A stretch of 64,000 nucleotides of DNA from a virus (taxonomy: Duplodnaviria > Caudoviricetes), in the IMG/VR virus record IMGVR_UViG_3300021368_000010, positions 1,333 to 65,332 of that record, one strand, 5' to 3'. Both the position numbers and the translations under genes were made by a program. This document shows positions 37,392-47,546 of this stretch, piece after piece (within the stretch, counting starts at the first letter, position 1; each line of letters opens with the position of its first letter). Below the pieces are notes generated by a model. The model searched no databases, had not been told where the DNA came from, and saw only the letters and a list, made by a program, of their open reading frames with translations.

Positions 37392-38450
37392 TTATTTGGA
37401 CCAGCGAGCGATAGCATCGACATACTTCGACATCGTGCCGCTTGCTGTACTTTCGATAAGGGGTTCTGTTGCTTCTTCGGTGGGGTCACTTACAGATTCT
37501 GTAAGTTCAGCCTTCCTAGTGAAGTATGATTCCTTAATCGTTTCGACCTTATTTCTAAAGTCTTCTTCAGTTTCAAACTCAACACCCTCTGCCAGAGAAG
37601 CAAGCTTCTCCTTCTGTGTCTCTGCGAGACCAACAGCGCATTCGTTCACAATTTCCATTTTGACAAATTCGCCAACACGCTTATTCAAAGCGATATTAGC
37701 GTCGATTTGCTCGTTGAGTTTAGCTTCCATTTCATCAATTTCACCTGCCATTCCATCTAGCAGGTTGAACTTCTCTTCGGGAACACTGAAATTGTGCTCC
37801 ATGAAAAGACCTTTTAGGCCGTTGAAGAAAGACTCTGCCATCTCAGTCTTAATACCGTGCTCGATCTGGAGAGCATTCTCTTTCATCCAGGACTCGGCGG
37901 CATAAGTGAGGTAATCGTCTACCTTCTCGGCCAAACTTGTTTGAATCTTTTCGACTTCTTCCGTCAGAGTAGATTCAAATGCCTCTTGCAATGCTGCAAC
38001 TTCAGCATTGACTTTTGCGGTGACAGCAGCTTCAAAAATGGTTACTGCTTTTTGTCTGAACTCTTCTGAGAGATCTTCACCTGCGACAAGAGCGTCAACA
38101 TCTTCAGTAAAGTCGTACTCGGTTTCAGCGAGGACTTCTTCTTCGCCATCTTGCTCTACCTCATCGAAAATTTTGGAAGATAATGCACCGGGCATTGCAG
38201 AAGATGCGTTGGAGGACTTGGTTCCAAGAGACTTACTGCCTTCTTTACCTACTGAACCAGCTGCCGATGCACCAGCATTTTTAGTGCCAGCGGCACCTTC
38301 CATGCTATCAGTGTTAACATCGATAACTTTCTTTGCACCACCTTTAGAGGTGTCGATTCTTTCGCCAGGCTTTGCGTTCTTGGTAACAGCGTTAGAGCCT
38401 TCGTCCACTTGTTCCATTGAATCTAACTCTTTATCGAGGGTCTCAGACAT
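37392..38450 (-). CDS. g22: Prohead core scaffold gp22
   Basis: LSEEFRQKAVTIFEAAV, KVDDYL, IKESYF; synteny. Confidence 0.93.
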   Translation of the reverse strand: MSETLDKELDSMEQVDEGSNAVTKNAKPGERIDTSKGGAKKVIDVNTDSMEGAAGTKNAGASAAGSVGKEGSKSLGTKSSNASSAMPGALSSKIFDEVEQDGEEEVLAETEYDFTEDVDALVAGEDLSEEFRQKAVTIFEAAVTAKVNAEVAALQEAFESTLTEEVEKIQTSLAEKVDDYLTYAAESWMKENALQIEHGIKTEMAESFFNGLKGLFMEHNFSVPEEKFNLLDGMAGEIDEMEAKLNEQIDANIALNKRVGEFVKMEIVNECAVGLAETQKEKLASLAEGVEFETEEDFRNKVETIKESYFTRKAELTESVSDPTEEATEPLIESTASGTMSKYVDAIARWSK

Positions 38451-38487
38451 TTGAATATTCTCCGTAATGTTTTGCTCTGTCTATGTT

Positions 38488-38495
38488 TATTTATA
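38488..38495 (-). promoter_or_regulatory. Late promoter TATAAATA for g22
   Basis: TATAAATAAACATAGA, identical 16-mer to the first g19 promoter. Confidence 0.8.
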
Positions 38496-38497
38496 AA

Positions 38498-39142
38498 TCA
38501 TAAACTCTTCAAAAACTTAGCGAACGCGGAAACTTTGCGTTCTTGTAAGTTAATGAGAGTCGCTTCATCAATTTCAGTTTTAATTTGAGCAACCGCAGAT
38601 TCTCTAAGAATCCCGTTCTCCCAAACCCATTCTTTTCCTTCCATAATTCCATCGACAAAAGCATCAGGAGCAGAAGGATCTGCTACAATATCAGCAGCTG
38701 TGGCAAGCATAAAATCATCTGCAACCATGCTGCAGTTTTCTTTCTTAATGATGGAACCCATGCCTCGGGAAGATACACCTAAACGAACACCCTCATCGAG
38801 GAGGTTCTTAGCAATCTTACCCATGGGGGTATCAAGTAACTTTGCTTTACCAACAAAGTTAGTTCCATCTTCAGAAAGGGAAACGATCTTATGCGACACT
38901 CTATCAAGATTGATAGAAGGTCCGTCAGGATGACCTAATTCTCCAAGAGCACGCCCCTTTTGAATATAGTTCTCATCGTATTTAGCAACTTCACGCGCCA
39001 AAGTTTTCATAGGATACATTCTGCCATTGCGGTTCTTAAGTTCCGCTTGCAGGAAGATACCTTCAATGAAGTAATTTTTCTTGCCTTCTTTCTCTTCACA
39101 GAGAAAATCGACGGTTGTAATTTCTTCAGCTATCAGTCTCAT
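38498..39142 (-). CDS. g21: Prohead protease gp21
   Basis: MRLIAEE start; NRNGRMY, LGELGHP, GVSSRGMGS, DIVADPSAPDA. Confidence 0.96.
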   Translation of the reverse strand: MRLIAEEITTVDFLCEEKEGKKNYFIEGIFLQAELKNRNGRMYPMKTLAREVAKYDENYIQKGRALGELGHPDGPSINLDRVSHKIVSLSEDGTNFVGKAKLLDTPMGKIAKNLLDEGVRLGVSSRGMGSIIKKENCSMVADDFMLATAADIVADPSAPDAFVDGIMEGKEWVWENGILRESAVAQIKTEIDEATLINLQERKVSAFAKFLKSL

Positions 39143-39449
39143 CGGTTTGTTCCTCAGGTTCTTCGGTTTCTTGTTCTGCTTCGGGGGGTTCATGAGGTTG
39201 CCTCTCATCAACTTCTACATCACTGTATTCAGTATCCGTACCATCAGGCATGGAACCTTCAATTTCATCCGCAGCAGATTGTGCGGTATCGTCCAATTCA
39301 AATCCCATTGTTTTTGCAAAGTCAATTTTCCTTTGCTGAACAGCATCATATGCAATAGTATTTAACGCAGTTTGCACTGAATCTATTGCTCCCGCTTTAT
39401 CATCACCAAAAATTTGTTTGACGATTTGTTGTGAAATCTCGCTTGGCAT
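39126..39449 (-). CDS. Acidic prohead core protein (gp67/gp68 position)
   Basis: Between g20 and g21; TATAAATA at 39469-39476. Confidence 0.7.
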   Translation of the reverse strand: MPSEISQQIVKQIFGDDKAGAIDSVQTALNTIAYDAVQQRKIDFAKTMGFELDDTAQSAADEIEGSMPDGTDTEYSDVEVDERQPHEPPEAEQETEEPEEQTDETDS

Positions 39450-39481
39450 AATATACTCCGAATAATAATATTTATATCTAT

Positions 39482-41086
39482 TTAGATTTCGCCTCGTTTG
39501 GCGTCACCGGCATCGGGTTGCGGTTGTGCTGATTGCGGTTGTCCTCCGCCTGCAGGTGCTCCCGCCCCAGCATCCATAGCAGGATCCATTGCTTCCGCTG
39601 GATCAAGAATAAGACCTGCATCCATTTCAGACTTAATTTGTTTGTCAATTTCTTTAATCTCAGTTTCGGTTTGCTTAAGAACCTGACGGCGCATATAATC
39701 AATAGAGAAATATTTGCCAACATAAGGATCCATTGCCGCAACTTGATTCATTCTTTCGTTACGGATTTCAATTTCTTTCAGTTCGGTGAAATAGTTATCA
39801 GCGATATAATCAAACTGAATATGCTCCTTCATTTCATCCCATTCTTCCAATGAGATAACTCCTTTCAGAATAAGTTGAGTCTTCAGAAGATCTGTAAACA
39901 ATTCGGAGAAACGCTTACGGAGACGAGCAACAAACTTCTGAAATTTAACTTCGTCGCGAGTAATCTCTGCTGCACGACCAATATTAAAAGTCGTCTCAGT
40001 TTCTAAACGAGAAGAAGGAACATTTAGTGCTTTGTACAGTTTCTTTTGGAAATACTTAACATCCTCTAGTTCGCCAAGATTCTGTCCACCGGGAAGTGTA
40101 GAGATTTCTGTACCTCTGCCGCCTTCACGACGAGGTAACCAGAAGTCTTCCAACATAGACATAAACTTTTTATCGTCCTTAATTTCACCAGTGTTCGCAT
40201 CATAAACCATCTTGTTACGATAACGACTCATAACTTCACGAAGGTATTGTTCCGCTTTATTCTTAGGGAGATTACCAACATCAATGTAAAAGATACGACG
40301 CTCAGGTGCTCTACTCAAACGGTAGATAACCAAAGAGTCCTCAATCATTCTCAATTGATTGACTGCTTTAATCGCCTTATGCAGGTGACTAAGCGTCATG
40401 TTTTTGTTTAGATCTTGAATGCCTGAATGGCAGTAACAAACAGAATCAGTAGTAATTTTCATACCCTGATTAGTAGAGTTCTTCAGACCTTTGGGATTAT
40501 AAAGAAAATACTCTGCTGCTTTTTGAGTTAATTGAGTATTCAAATCTACACCCTGCAATTCATTAGGGCGTCTTTGCTGGTACTCAGTTACTTTACGGAT
40601 CTTACGGGGATCAATATATCTAAGTTCTACTAGTCCTGCAGCAGGGTCTTTCGGATCGATAATCTTATGATAGAATAATCTTCCATCTACATACCAACGA
40701 CGAAAGATTTCATAAGAACGATTTTCAAAATCTAAAAGACGAAGAATCTCATGAAACTCGTCACGAATAAGTTTTTTAATTTTATCAGATTGCTTTAAGT
40801 TAGATAGTTCTACCTCAACAGGCACATCATCAAAATTGCCGCAAATTGTTTCGTTTACAATATCATCTACGGCACTATCGCATTCTGGTTGTAAAACCAT
40901 CTCTCTATAACGAGAGATTAATTCGTATTCATTACGAAGAGTTCCATCAAAATCAACAGAATAACCATAGTATCCGCCACCTACAATAGGTTGCGAACCA
41001 TCCATAGAATCTTTTTGAACAAAAGAAGGACCTTTAGGTCTCTTTTTTGCTCTCTCTAGTGAAAATCCAAATAGCTGTTGAGACAT
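39482..41086 (-). CDS. g20: Portal protein gp20
   Basis: YRLSRAPERRIFYIDVGNLPK, EDFWLPRREGGRGTEI. Confidence 0.98.
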   Translation of the reverse strand: MSQQLFGFSLERAKKRPKGPSFVQKDSMDGSQPIVGGGYYGYSVDFDGTLRNEYELISRYREMVLQPECDSAVDDIVNETICGNFDDVPVEVELSNLKQSDKIKKLIRDEFHEILRLLDFENRSYEIFRRWYVDGRLFYHKIIDPKDPAAGLVELRYIDPRKIRKVTEYQQRRPNELQGVDLNTQLTQKAAEYFLYNPKGLKNSTNQGMKITTDSVCYCHSGIQDLNKNMTLSHLHKAIKAVNQLRMIEDSLVIYRLSRAPERRIFYIDVGNLPKNKAEQYLREVMSRYRNKMVYDANTGEIKDDKKFMSMLEDFWLPRREGGRGTEISTLPGGQNLGELEDVKYFQKKLYKALNVPSSRLETETTFNIGRAAEITRDEVKFQKFVARLRKRFSELFTDLLKTQLILKGVISLEEWDEMKEHIQFDYIADNYFTELKEIEIRNERMNQVAAMDPYVGKYFSIDYMRRQVLKQTETEIKEIDKQIKSEMDAGLILDPAEAMDPAMDAGAGAPAGGGQPQSAQPQPDAGDAKRGEI

Positions 41087-41127
41087 TACATCAATTAATT
41101 TTTCCTATACTGTATTTATCGACTTTG

Positions 41128-41706
41128 TTAACTGGGGTTTGAACGCTTAGTTACTTCAAAATAAGTGTAGTCCCATTGAACCGATATTTCCATGATCTGA
41201 TCATTTGCTGCCATATCCAATTCTTGTCCCTGAATAGTAGTTGGGTAACAATGAAATAAAGTAATTTCATGTACTGATTTATTGCCCTGCTGATTCCGAT
41301 CTAATACTTTTATTTTAATGGGTCTGTTTTTATAAACTTGATCACCTGTGGAATTATCTCCATGATATCCAGTCTCTGCTGGTAGGTTATAATTAATCCA
41401 ATCATATAGTGCCATTTTAGTAGAGAATTCTTTATCTACATAAAAACTACAAGTCCACGGTTCAAATGCTCTTTCTCCCGGAACTTTCATAGCTCTTCCG
41501 GCATAATAATATTCCATAGTTGTCATTGTTACACCAGGAAGGTTTGTTGCCTTTGCGGCATATGTGACCCATTCTTGAAGATCTCCCGTTTCATGCATAG
41601 TGGCATCTGGAATATCAATTCTTAATTCAAAAAAGTTAGGTCTTGCAAATCCTTTATCTGAAAATTTTGATCTAAATTCATTTAAAGTAGTTGGTGCAGT
41701 TGCCAT
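41128..41706 (-). CDS. g19: Tail tube protein gp19 paralogue 3 (most diverged)
   Basis: FARPNFF, ATNLPG, GRAMKVPGERAFEPW, CYPTTI...LD. Confidence 0.8.
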   Translation of the reverse strand: MATAPTTLNEFRSKFSDKGFARPNFFELRIDIPDATMHETGDLQEWVTYAAKATNLPGVTMTTMEYYYAGRAMKVPGERAFEPWTCSFYVDKEFSTKMALYDWINYNLPAETGYHGDNSTGDQVYKNRPIKIKVLDRNQQGNKSVHEITLFHCYPTTIQGQELDMAANDQIMEISVQWDYTYFEVTKRSNPS

Positions 41707-41730
41707 TCGATTTACCTATAAATCTCGGTC

Positions 41731-41761
41731 AAAAAAATAAGGTCTCGTATGAGACCTTATT
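41731..41761 (-). terminator. Terminator-like hairpin between g19 paralogues 2 and 3
   Basis: AATAAGGTCTC-ATAC-GAGACCTTATT followed by TTTTT. Confidence 0.75.
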
Positions 41762-41791
41762 CAATTTAATTATATTTATGCTACTAAGGCA

Positions 41792-42418
41792 TCAATCTGG
41801 TGCTTGATCAGGATCAACATCCTTACTACTGCCCTTATTGGTTTTTGCTTGTTCTCTGTCCTTACCTTGAGTGACAAACTGAACTTGGAATTCAACTGTA
41901 AATTCTTGAACAGCGTCGTTATTACCCCAGTCAAGATCAACTGCAGATACTGAGGAAGGCCAAATATCATACAACTTATAAGATCTAAGAATCTGATATT
42001 CTTCTCCTTCCTTTACAACTCTATTCAGAAGACTGCAAACTGCATTTCCAAATAACTTCTCGTCTGATTTTGTCGAGAAGTTATACTCGTTTCCTTGAAT
42101 GAGAGAAACCCATTTTTCAAAAATATTTCTAGCAACTTGCTTTTGATCATTCATGAAAGTAACAGTCCATGGTTCATAGGTTCTGTCACCTGCAATTTTA
42201 AGAGTTCTTCCTCTAAAAGGAACCTCAACATTACCTTGAGTGTAAGAAGGAATCTGTGCAGCTCTAGCAAGATACTTAACAGTATTCTCTCTCTTTGTTT
42301 GACTTACTCCAATTTTAGGTGGAAATCCCATCTCGATCTCGAAGAGGTTATTTCTAGTGAATCCTCCCCAGTTTGTAGAGGCCATTGACCCCTTAAATTC
42401 GTCTAATGAAAATGCCAT
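41792..42418 (-). CDS. g19: Tail tube protein gp19 paralogue 2
   Basis: RNNLFE, RAAQIP, EVPFRGRTLKIAGDRTYEPW, WPSSVSAVDL, EFTVEFQ; TATAAATA at 42454-42461. Confidence 0.9.
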   Translation of the reverse strand: MAFSLDEFKGSMASTNWGGFTRNNLFEIEMGFPPKIGVSQTKRENTVKYLARAAQIPSYTQGNVEVPFRGRTLKIAGDRTYEPWTVTFMNDQKQVARNIFEKWVSLIQGNEYNFSTKSDEKLFGNAVCSLLNRVVKEGEEYQILRSYKLYDIWPSSVSAVDLDWGNNDAVQEFTVEFQVQFVTQGKDREQAKTNKGSSKDVDPDQAPD

Positions 42419-42484
42419 TTGTTTTTATCCCCGCGTTGGTATGCTTTAAAAATTATTTATAAAAAGGTGATTTTTCAGACCCTA

Positions 42485-43135
42485 TCAGTCCTCTCCAGCG
42501 CCGTTAGGAATGGTGACACCATCAACATTCTTACCGCCAGCGGTTCCAGCAGAACCTTCATCGATTGTCCAATATGCATATTGCATTTCTACAGTGAATT
42601 CTGTAATTGAATCATTAGCATTTGCATCAAGATCGATTGCGGAAATATTGGTGGGATATGCATGATGAAATTTATAGGTTTTAATTTTTTGCTTACCATT
42701 GTCATTGGTGTTGTTACCAAACTTAGACAAGAGGTGAACATACATCGGTTGATGATATTTAAATCCTTTGAAGTTGGATCTGTTCTTGGATGCGTTATTC
42801 ATCGCATTAATCCAGGACTCAAATGACTTGCGGATACCCTGCTTAGTATCGTTCATAACAGTGATAGTCCAGGGCTCATAAGTTCTATCTCCAGGAATCT
42901 TATATGTTCTTCCTTGGAAAGGAACTTCAATAACACCTACGGTTGACGCAGGCATTTGTGCTGCACGAATAAAGAACTTGGCATTCTTTTGCGTGTCCGC
43001 ACCCTTTTCGATGTTACCACCCTCGGTTAAGTCATTTGCCTTAGGAAAGGTAATCTCGCAAGTGAACAGGTTAGACCTTGCAAACTCCTTACCGGCAATG
43101 CCGCTCCTGAAGTCGTCGATCGTATGATTTGCCAT
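42485..43135 (-). CDS. g19: Tail tube protein gp19 paralogue 1
   Basis: ARSNLF, RAAQMPAS, EVPFQGR..KIPGDRTYEPW, YPTNISAIDL, EFTVEMQY; TATAAATA at 43180-43187. Confidence 0.92.
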   Translation of the reverse strand: MANHTIDDFRSGIAGKEFARSNLFTCEITFPKANDLTEGGNIEKGADTQKNAKFFIRAAQMPASTVGVIEVPFQGRTYKIPGDRTYEPWTITVMNDTKQGIRKSFESWINAMNNASKNRSNFKGFKYHQPMYVHLLSKFGNNTNDNGKQKIKTYKFHHAYPTNISAIDLDANANDSITEFTVEMQYAYWTIDEGSAGTAGGKNVDGVTIPNGAGED

Positions 43136-43192
43136 GGATAACTATCTCCTATCTAAAACGAGGTGTCTGTCTCTATGTTTATTTATACAAAT

Positions 43193-43223
43193 AAAAAATT
43201 TGGGGACCTTTCGGTCCCCAAAT
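43193..43223 (-). terminator. Terminator after g18
   Basis: ATTTGGGGACC-GAAA-GGTCCCCAAAT followed by TTTTT. Confidence 0.85.
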
Positions 43224-43245
43224 GATATTAGGTTATGGTTCCGTA

Positions 43246-45513
43246 TCAGCTAACGACTTCGGAGAAGGAAACGCCGGAGCGTGTTGCAACGAAGGTTAGT
43301 GTGATGAAGTTAATTGTGCGTGTCGGCTTGACATAGATGTCAGCAGCAAACTCGTTACGATCAACAGCATCCGGAGGGTTGTTGGACTCATCGCACTTGA
43401 CGAGGAAGTCGGTAACGCCTCTTCTACCTTGAACATCAGTCATGTAAGGTTCAACAACATTCAAGAAGGATGCTCTTGTACCTGCATCGTTCTGTTCAAA
43501 CAGAATGTTCTTAGAAGCAGTCTCGATGAATGCCTCAATAGTGATGAACAGACGGCGAACATTGATACGATCAAATGCAGACTGGAATACCAGCGCAGTC
43601 TTATCACCATAAAGAACGGTTCCTTGACCAGGGAAGGTAACGATCGGGTTGATTCTGTTAGAATACAGAAGATCGCGCTGAGACTTGTTAGGTGTGAATG
43701 CCAGTTTGATGGTGTTCAGGAGAACGCCACGGTTGAAACCAGCGGGAGAGAACCAAGGCTCGAACTGAACTTCTGTTCTCAGTGTCAGACCTGCGGTGTC
43801 AGCGTTGCAGGGGATGTAACGATACTTATCGTTGTACTTATCATAGATGTACTTGTAAGAAGAGTCAATTACAAGATAAGAAGAAGATGTAACACCCTTC
43901 ATGAAATCAACGATGTTCTCGGCAATGGTCTGAGGATCGGTGTAACCGATGATGTCACCACGGCGAGGCGAGATGAATGCCATGCAATCCTTACGAAGTT
44001 CTACCAGGTTGGTGAGAATCGTAACCTTACCAAGAGCATCTGCAGCAGTGTTGCCCAGAGGACCTGCGGGAAGGAAGTTGATGGCAACAGACTCACGATC
44101 AGTAACGAGATCGTAGGAGGCGCTGAGATCAAGGTTGTCGATGTCATATACAGTACCACTTACGGTGTAAGTTGCACCACTTCCAAGGCGATAGTAGTAA
44201 ACAGAGTTGTTAGCAGTACCAATCGCAGTTGCTCCAGTAGGATATCCCATACCACCTGCAGCAGAACGAATCAGGTTGAACTGACGATCTTCTGCAGTCT
44301 TACCGAAGTCACCATCAGATGAAGTGCCAGTAGCAGCAAATACATCAGTCTCGTGCTCACCCCAATAGATGTAATTGGAACGCTGCTTAATTACTTCAGG
44401 ATAGTAGTTGTTTTCACCAACAGATGTCTTACCGTCAGATGCTTTGGAAACACCAACATAACGCTCAAGAAGAGTTCCAGGAGTTCCGGTGATTTTACCG
44501 TCAACATCGATAATGAGAATATTCAGTTCGTCATTGCGACCACCCTTGGTAGAAGCATAGAGAGATGTTCCAGGACGGGAAGCAACCTCGCCCCACTTAC
44601 CACCGGGGACATACTCACGCTCAGGATACTCATCTCTTACAGAGGTGATTGCCACACTTAAAGCAGTTCCGGAGGTGCTGTCATCGATGCTATCTGCTGC
44701 AGCAAATTCAATGCTGTCCTTATTAAGACCGATATAAACACGACGCTCAATGCCATTGATTTGAGCAGTGTTGGTTCCTTGAGTGATAACTTGGTCATCA
44801 GCAAGAATACCAGTAACACCACCAGAAGGCAACGCGATTTCCAGTTTCTTGTTAGCAGAATCCCAAGCGAGAACATTTACTGTTTCGTCAGAACCGCCAA
44901 TGGAAATAGTTGTGGTAGCACCAGGAGTAAAAGAACCAATCAGAGTGTCAACGGTTAATACAATGCTGTACTTAAATACTTTACCGCTAGCACCAGATGT
45001 TGCAGTGATTGCATGGTCAGCATCGAATTGATACTCATCGCCCGATCCAGGAGCGGGAAGAACAGCAATTTGATCAGGACCTGCGTCAGTTACGAAAACG
45101 CCGAGAGAATTTCCTTGAGTACCGGGAGTTCTTGCTGCCCACTTCCAAGAATTAACTGCTTCTTCAAAAGTTCCTTCGTAGTTAAGGAGGTTTTTGATCT
45201 TGGGTGCGGAACCGCCACCGACATCATCGACTGCGTTTGCCAGTCCAGAGTTGTCGCAACGAACAACCTTCATAATTCCACCATACTGGAGGAATTGAAC
45301 TACAGTAAACCAATACTCGTAGTTGTAATCGTTCGGGGGTCCAAAAATGGCTTCAAATTGTACTTCTGAATCGATGTCTACAATTTCTTCTACAGGACCT
45401 TGCTCAAAGGGACCTACAAAGAAACCGACATTAGTTGCTGGTAATCTTGCGCTAGTAGTCAGATCCTTTTCAATAATCTGAATACCAGGCGATAACATAC
45501 GGGCTGCGGGCAT
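43246..45513 (-). CDS. g18: Tail sheath protein gp18
   Basis: LSPGIQIIEKDL, WFSPAGFNRG, RINVRRLF, KPTRTINFI; TATAAATA at 45558-45565. Confidence 0.97.
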   Translation of the reverse strand: MPAARMLSPGIQIIEKDLTTSARLPATNVGFFVGPFEQGPVEEIVDIDSEVQFEAIFGPPNDYNYEYWFTVVQFLQYGGIMKVVRCDNSGLANAVDDVGGGSAPKIKNLLNYEGTFEEAVNSWKWAARTPGTQGNSLGVFVTDAGPDQIAVLPAPGSGDEYQFDADHAITATSGASGKVFKYSIVLTVDTLIGSFTPGATTTISIGGSDETVNVLAWDSANKKLEIALPSGGVTGILADDQVITQGTNTAQINGIERRVYIGLNKDSIEFAAADSIDDSTSGTALSVAITSVRDEYPEREYVPGGKWGEVASRPGTSLYASTKGGRNDELNILIIDVDGKITGTPGTLLERYVGVSKASDGKTSVGENNYYPEVIKQRSNYIYWGEHETDVFAATGTSSDGDFGKTAEDRQFNLIRSAAGGMGYPTGATAIGTANNSVYYYRLGSGATYTVSGTVYDIDNLDLSASYDLVTDRESVAINFLPAGPLGNTAADALGKVTILTNLVELRKDCMAFISPRRGDIIGYTDPQTIAENIVDFMKGVTSSSYLVIDSSYKYIYDKYNDKYRYIPCNADTAGLTLRTEVQFEPWFSPAGFNRGVLLNTIKLAFTPNKSQRDLLYSNRINPIVTFPGQGTVLYGDKTALVFQSAFDRINVRRLFITIEAFIETASKNILFEQNDAGTRASFLNVVEPYMTDVQGRRGVTDFLVKCDESNNPPDAVDRNEFAADIYVKPTRTINFITLTFVATRSGVSFSEVVS

Positions 45514-45576
45514 GGTTTATACTCCTAAAGAAAAATCCGGTTATCGGTGTCTAAGATTATTTATATTTTTGAAACC

Positions 45577-47226
45577 TTACCTAAACTCCCACATATAGGA
45601 CTTATCACCATATTCCGCGATCTCCCATCGTTCCCCCTGAGCATCAATTATATGGTCATCATCTAATCCGTCACTGATAAATCCAAACGGTGCCATGTCT
45701 TGTTCAATGGATTCTCTTTGATCTGCATAGATTCGAGCACGAACATCATTGTCATGCATCTCTTTAAAATAATCTTGCATTGCCATCCAGGCAAAAATAA
45801 CAAGACACATGGCAAGGTCATCATTACATCCATCTTCTGCCGCAAATGATTGACCTTTTACAATAAATGTAGTTAATTCTGCAATTGTGTCATAGTCATG
45901 CAATAACAATTTATCTTCTTCTAGGAGTGCTTTTAAATTAGAACACCCAACCTGCTTTACTGCGGTGGACATCTTAACACCCAGTTGAGTCTTCTTACCA
46001 GAGAATCCTTGACCAAGTTGTTGACCTGCCCTACCCCTCATTGCACACATTAAAAGATTTTCATACTCCAGATCGAACTGGATTATGTCGGCCACTTGCC
46101 CTCCAATGTCATTAACTTCGCACAACACATATGCATTATTATAATTCTTTGCAACATCAATGATGATATTAGGGAATATGATAGGTTTAATTTCGTTGTT
46201 TCTATATCTAGCAACGACTTTATATGGCACTGTTGTAGTGTCCATAACCATAAATGCAGAGTAGTCATTAGATAATCCTCTAGCAACATCGACAGTTATA
46301 ATATAGTTATGCTCCGGCACTGCTTTATCATATATTGCCAATCCATTCTTCTGCACCAAAGGATCATGATATGGCATAGTCCTCAATTTACTGGGACTAA
46401 TTAAGGTGTCAACAGAACCAAGGAATTCACACTCAAACTCAACTCGGAACTGCTGCTCAGATGTATTTTTAATCGTTTGTTCTTTCCATGCAGCATCTCT
46501 ACCAGGAACCTCTGACCAATGCACTTCCGTAGGGACATATTCATTAGACCCTCTTTCAGAATCATGCCAAAGTTTATAAAACATATTCATCCCGTGAGGG
46601 GTAGAGATAATGATAACCTTTGTTGATTTACCAGAAGAAATAGTAGGATAGACAGAACTAAAGAATTGATCAGCAACATGATTCGGAACGAACGCGAATT
46701 CGTCCAAGAAAATAACATTAAAAGACATACCCCGGACAGCAGAAGCCGAAGTAGATGCAGCAAGGATTTTACTTCCGTTTTCCAATTCCAAGGATCCTCT
46801 GTTCCACTGGAGGATTCCTTGCTGTAACCATTTGGGAAGATTTTCATAACTCAGTTGCAATCTTTGTAGCATTTCGCGAGCAGTTGCTGCTTTGTTTGCA
46901 AGAATTGCTACATTAACATTGTCATTAAAAAGAACATACCACAACAGATAGGAAGTCACAATCGTAGACTTACCTGACTGTCGGGGCAGTTTTGCAATAT
47001 TAAATCTATTATCATGGAACTTCTGCACCATCTCCTCTTGGAAATAATACATGTCAAAGGGTATTAAACCTTTGTCCAAAGAAACGATTTTAATATAATT
47101 GCGAATAAAATAAACAGGGTCCTCAGAACATCTAAGGACCTCTTGAACTTGCTCAGGAGTAAATTCCTGAGCAGTATTTGCTTTTTTTAAATTAGGATTA
47201 CCTAAGTATTGATCGTGATTACTCAT
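45577..47226 (-). CDS. g17: Terminase large subunit gp17
   Basis: PRQSGKST, FLDEFAF, ISTPHG, DVARG, NDDLAM. Confidence 0.97.
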   Translation of the reverse strand: MSNHDQYLGNPNLKKANTAQEFTPEQVQEVLRCSEDPVYFIRNYIKIVSLDKGLIPFDMYYFQEEMVQKFHDNRFNIAKLPRQSGKSTIVTSYLLWYVLFNDNVNVAILANKAATAREMLQRLQLSYENLPKWLQQGILQWNRGSLELENGSKILAASTSASAVRGMSFNVIFLDEFAFVPNHVADQFFSSVYPTISSGKSTKVIIISTPHGMNMFYKLWHDSERGSNEYVPTEVHWSEVPGRDAAWKEQTIKNTSEQQFRVEFECEFLGSVDTLISPSKLRTMPYHDPLVQKNGLAIYDKAVPEHNYIITVDVARGLSNDYSAFMVMDTTTVPYKVVARYRNNEIKPIIFPNIIIDVAKNYNNAYVLCEVNDIGGQVADIIQFDLEYENLLMCAMRGRAGQQLGQGFSGKKTQLGVKMSTAVKQVGCSNLKALLEEDKLLLHDYDTIAELTTFIVKGQSFAAEDGCNDDLAMCLVIFAWMAMQDYFKEMHDNDVRARIYADQRESIEQDMAPFGFISDGLDDDHIIDAQGERWEIAEYGDKSYMWEFR

Positions 47227-47546
47227 TCCACATGCACAGTACCAATCATGCCCGCACCTTTATGAGGGCCACACCAATATGTATAATCTCCAGCGTCGGT
47301 GAATGTCACATCAAACTCTTCGCCAGGAAGCATAGCAAGTGCCTCATGACTTAACTCTGGATGATCTTCCACAACAACATTGTGAGGAGGAAGCATGTTA
47401 TTAACGAAATGAACTGATTCTCCAGCAGCGATTGTAATTTCTGCAGGATCAAATACTAGGTTTCCATTGGATCCCATTTGAACATCTACTGCCCATACCG
47501 GAGCAGCAAAGAAAATTGATGCAATTAATGCGAATAAAAATTTCAT
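47223..47546 (-). CDS. petE: Plastocyanin
   Basis: Signal peptide; HN, YWCGPHKGAGM copper ligands. Confidence 0.96.
   Translation of the reverse strand: MKFLFALIASIFFAAPVWAVDVQMGSNGNLVFDPAEITIAAGESVHFVNNMLPPHNVVVEDHPELSHEALAMLPGEEFDVTFTDAGDYTYWCGPHKGAGMIGTVHVE

Noticed and set aside
39478-39741. 87-aa alternative-frame ORF in the 3' end of g20
   Set aside because: Nested almost entirely in the portal gene, no RBS, no motif
43429-44322. 297-aa plus-strand ORF antisense to g18
   Set aside because: Same antisense shadow effect
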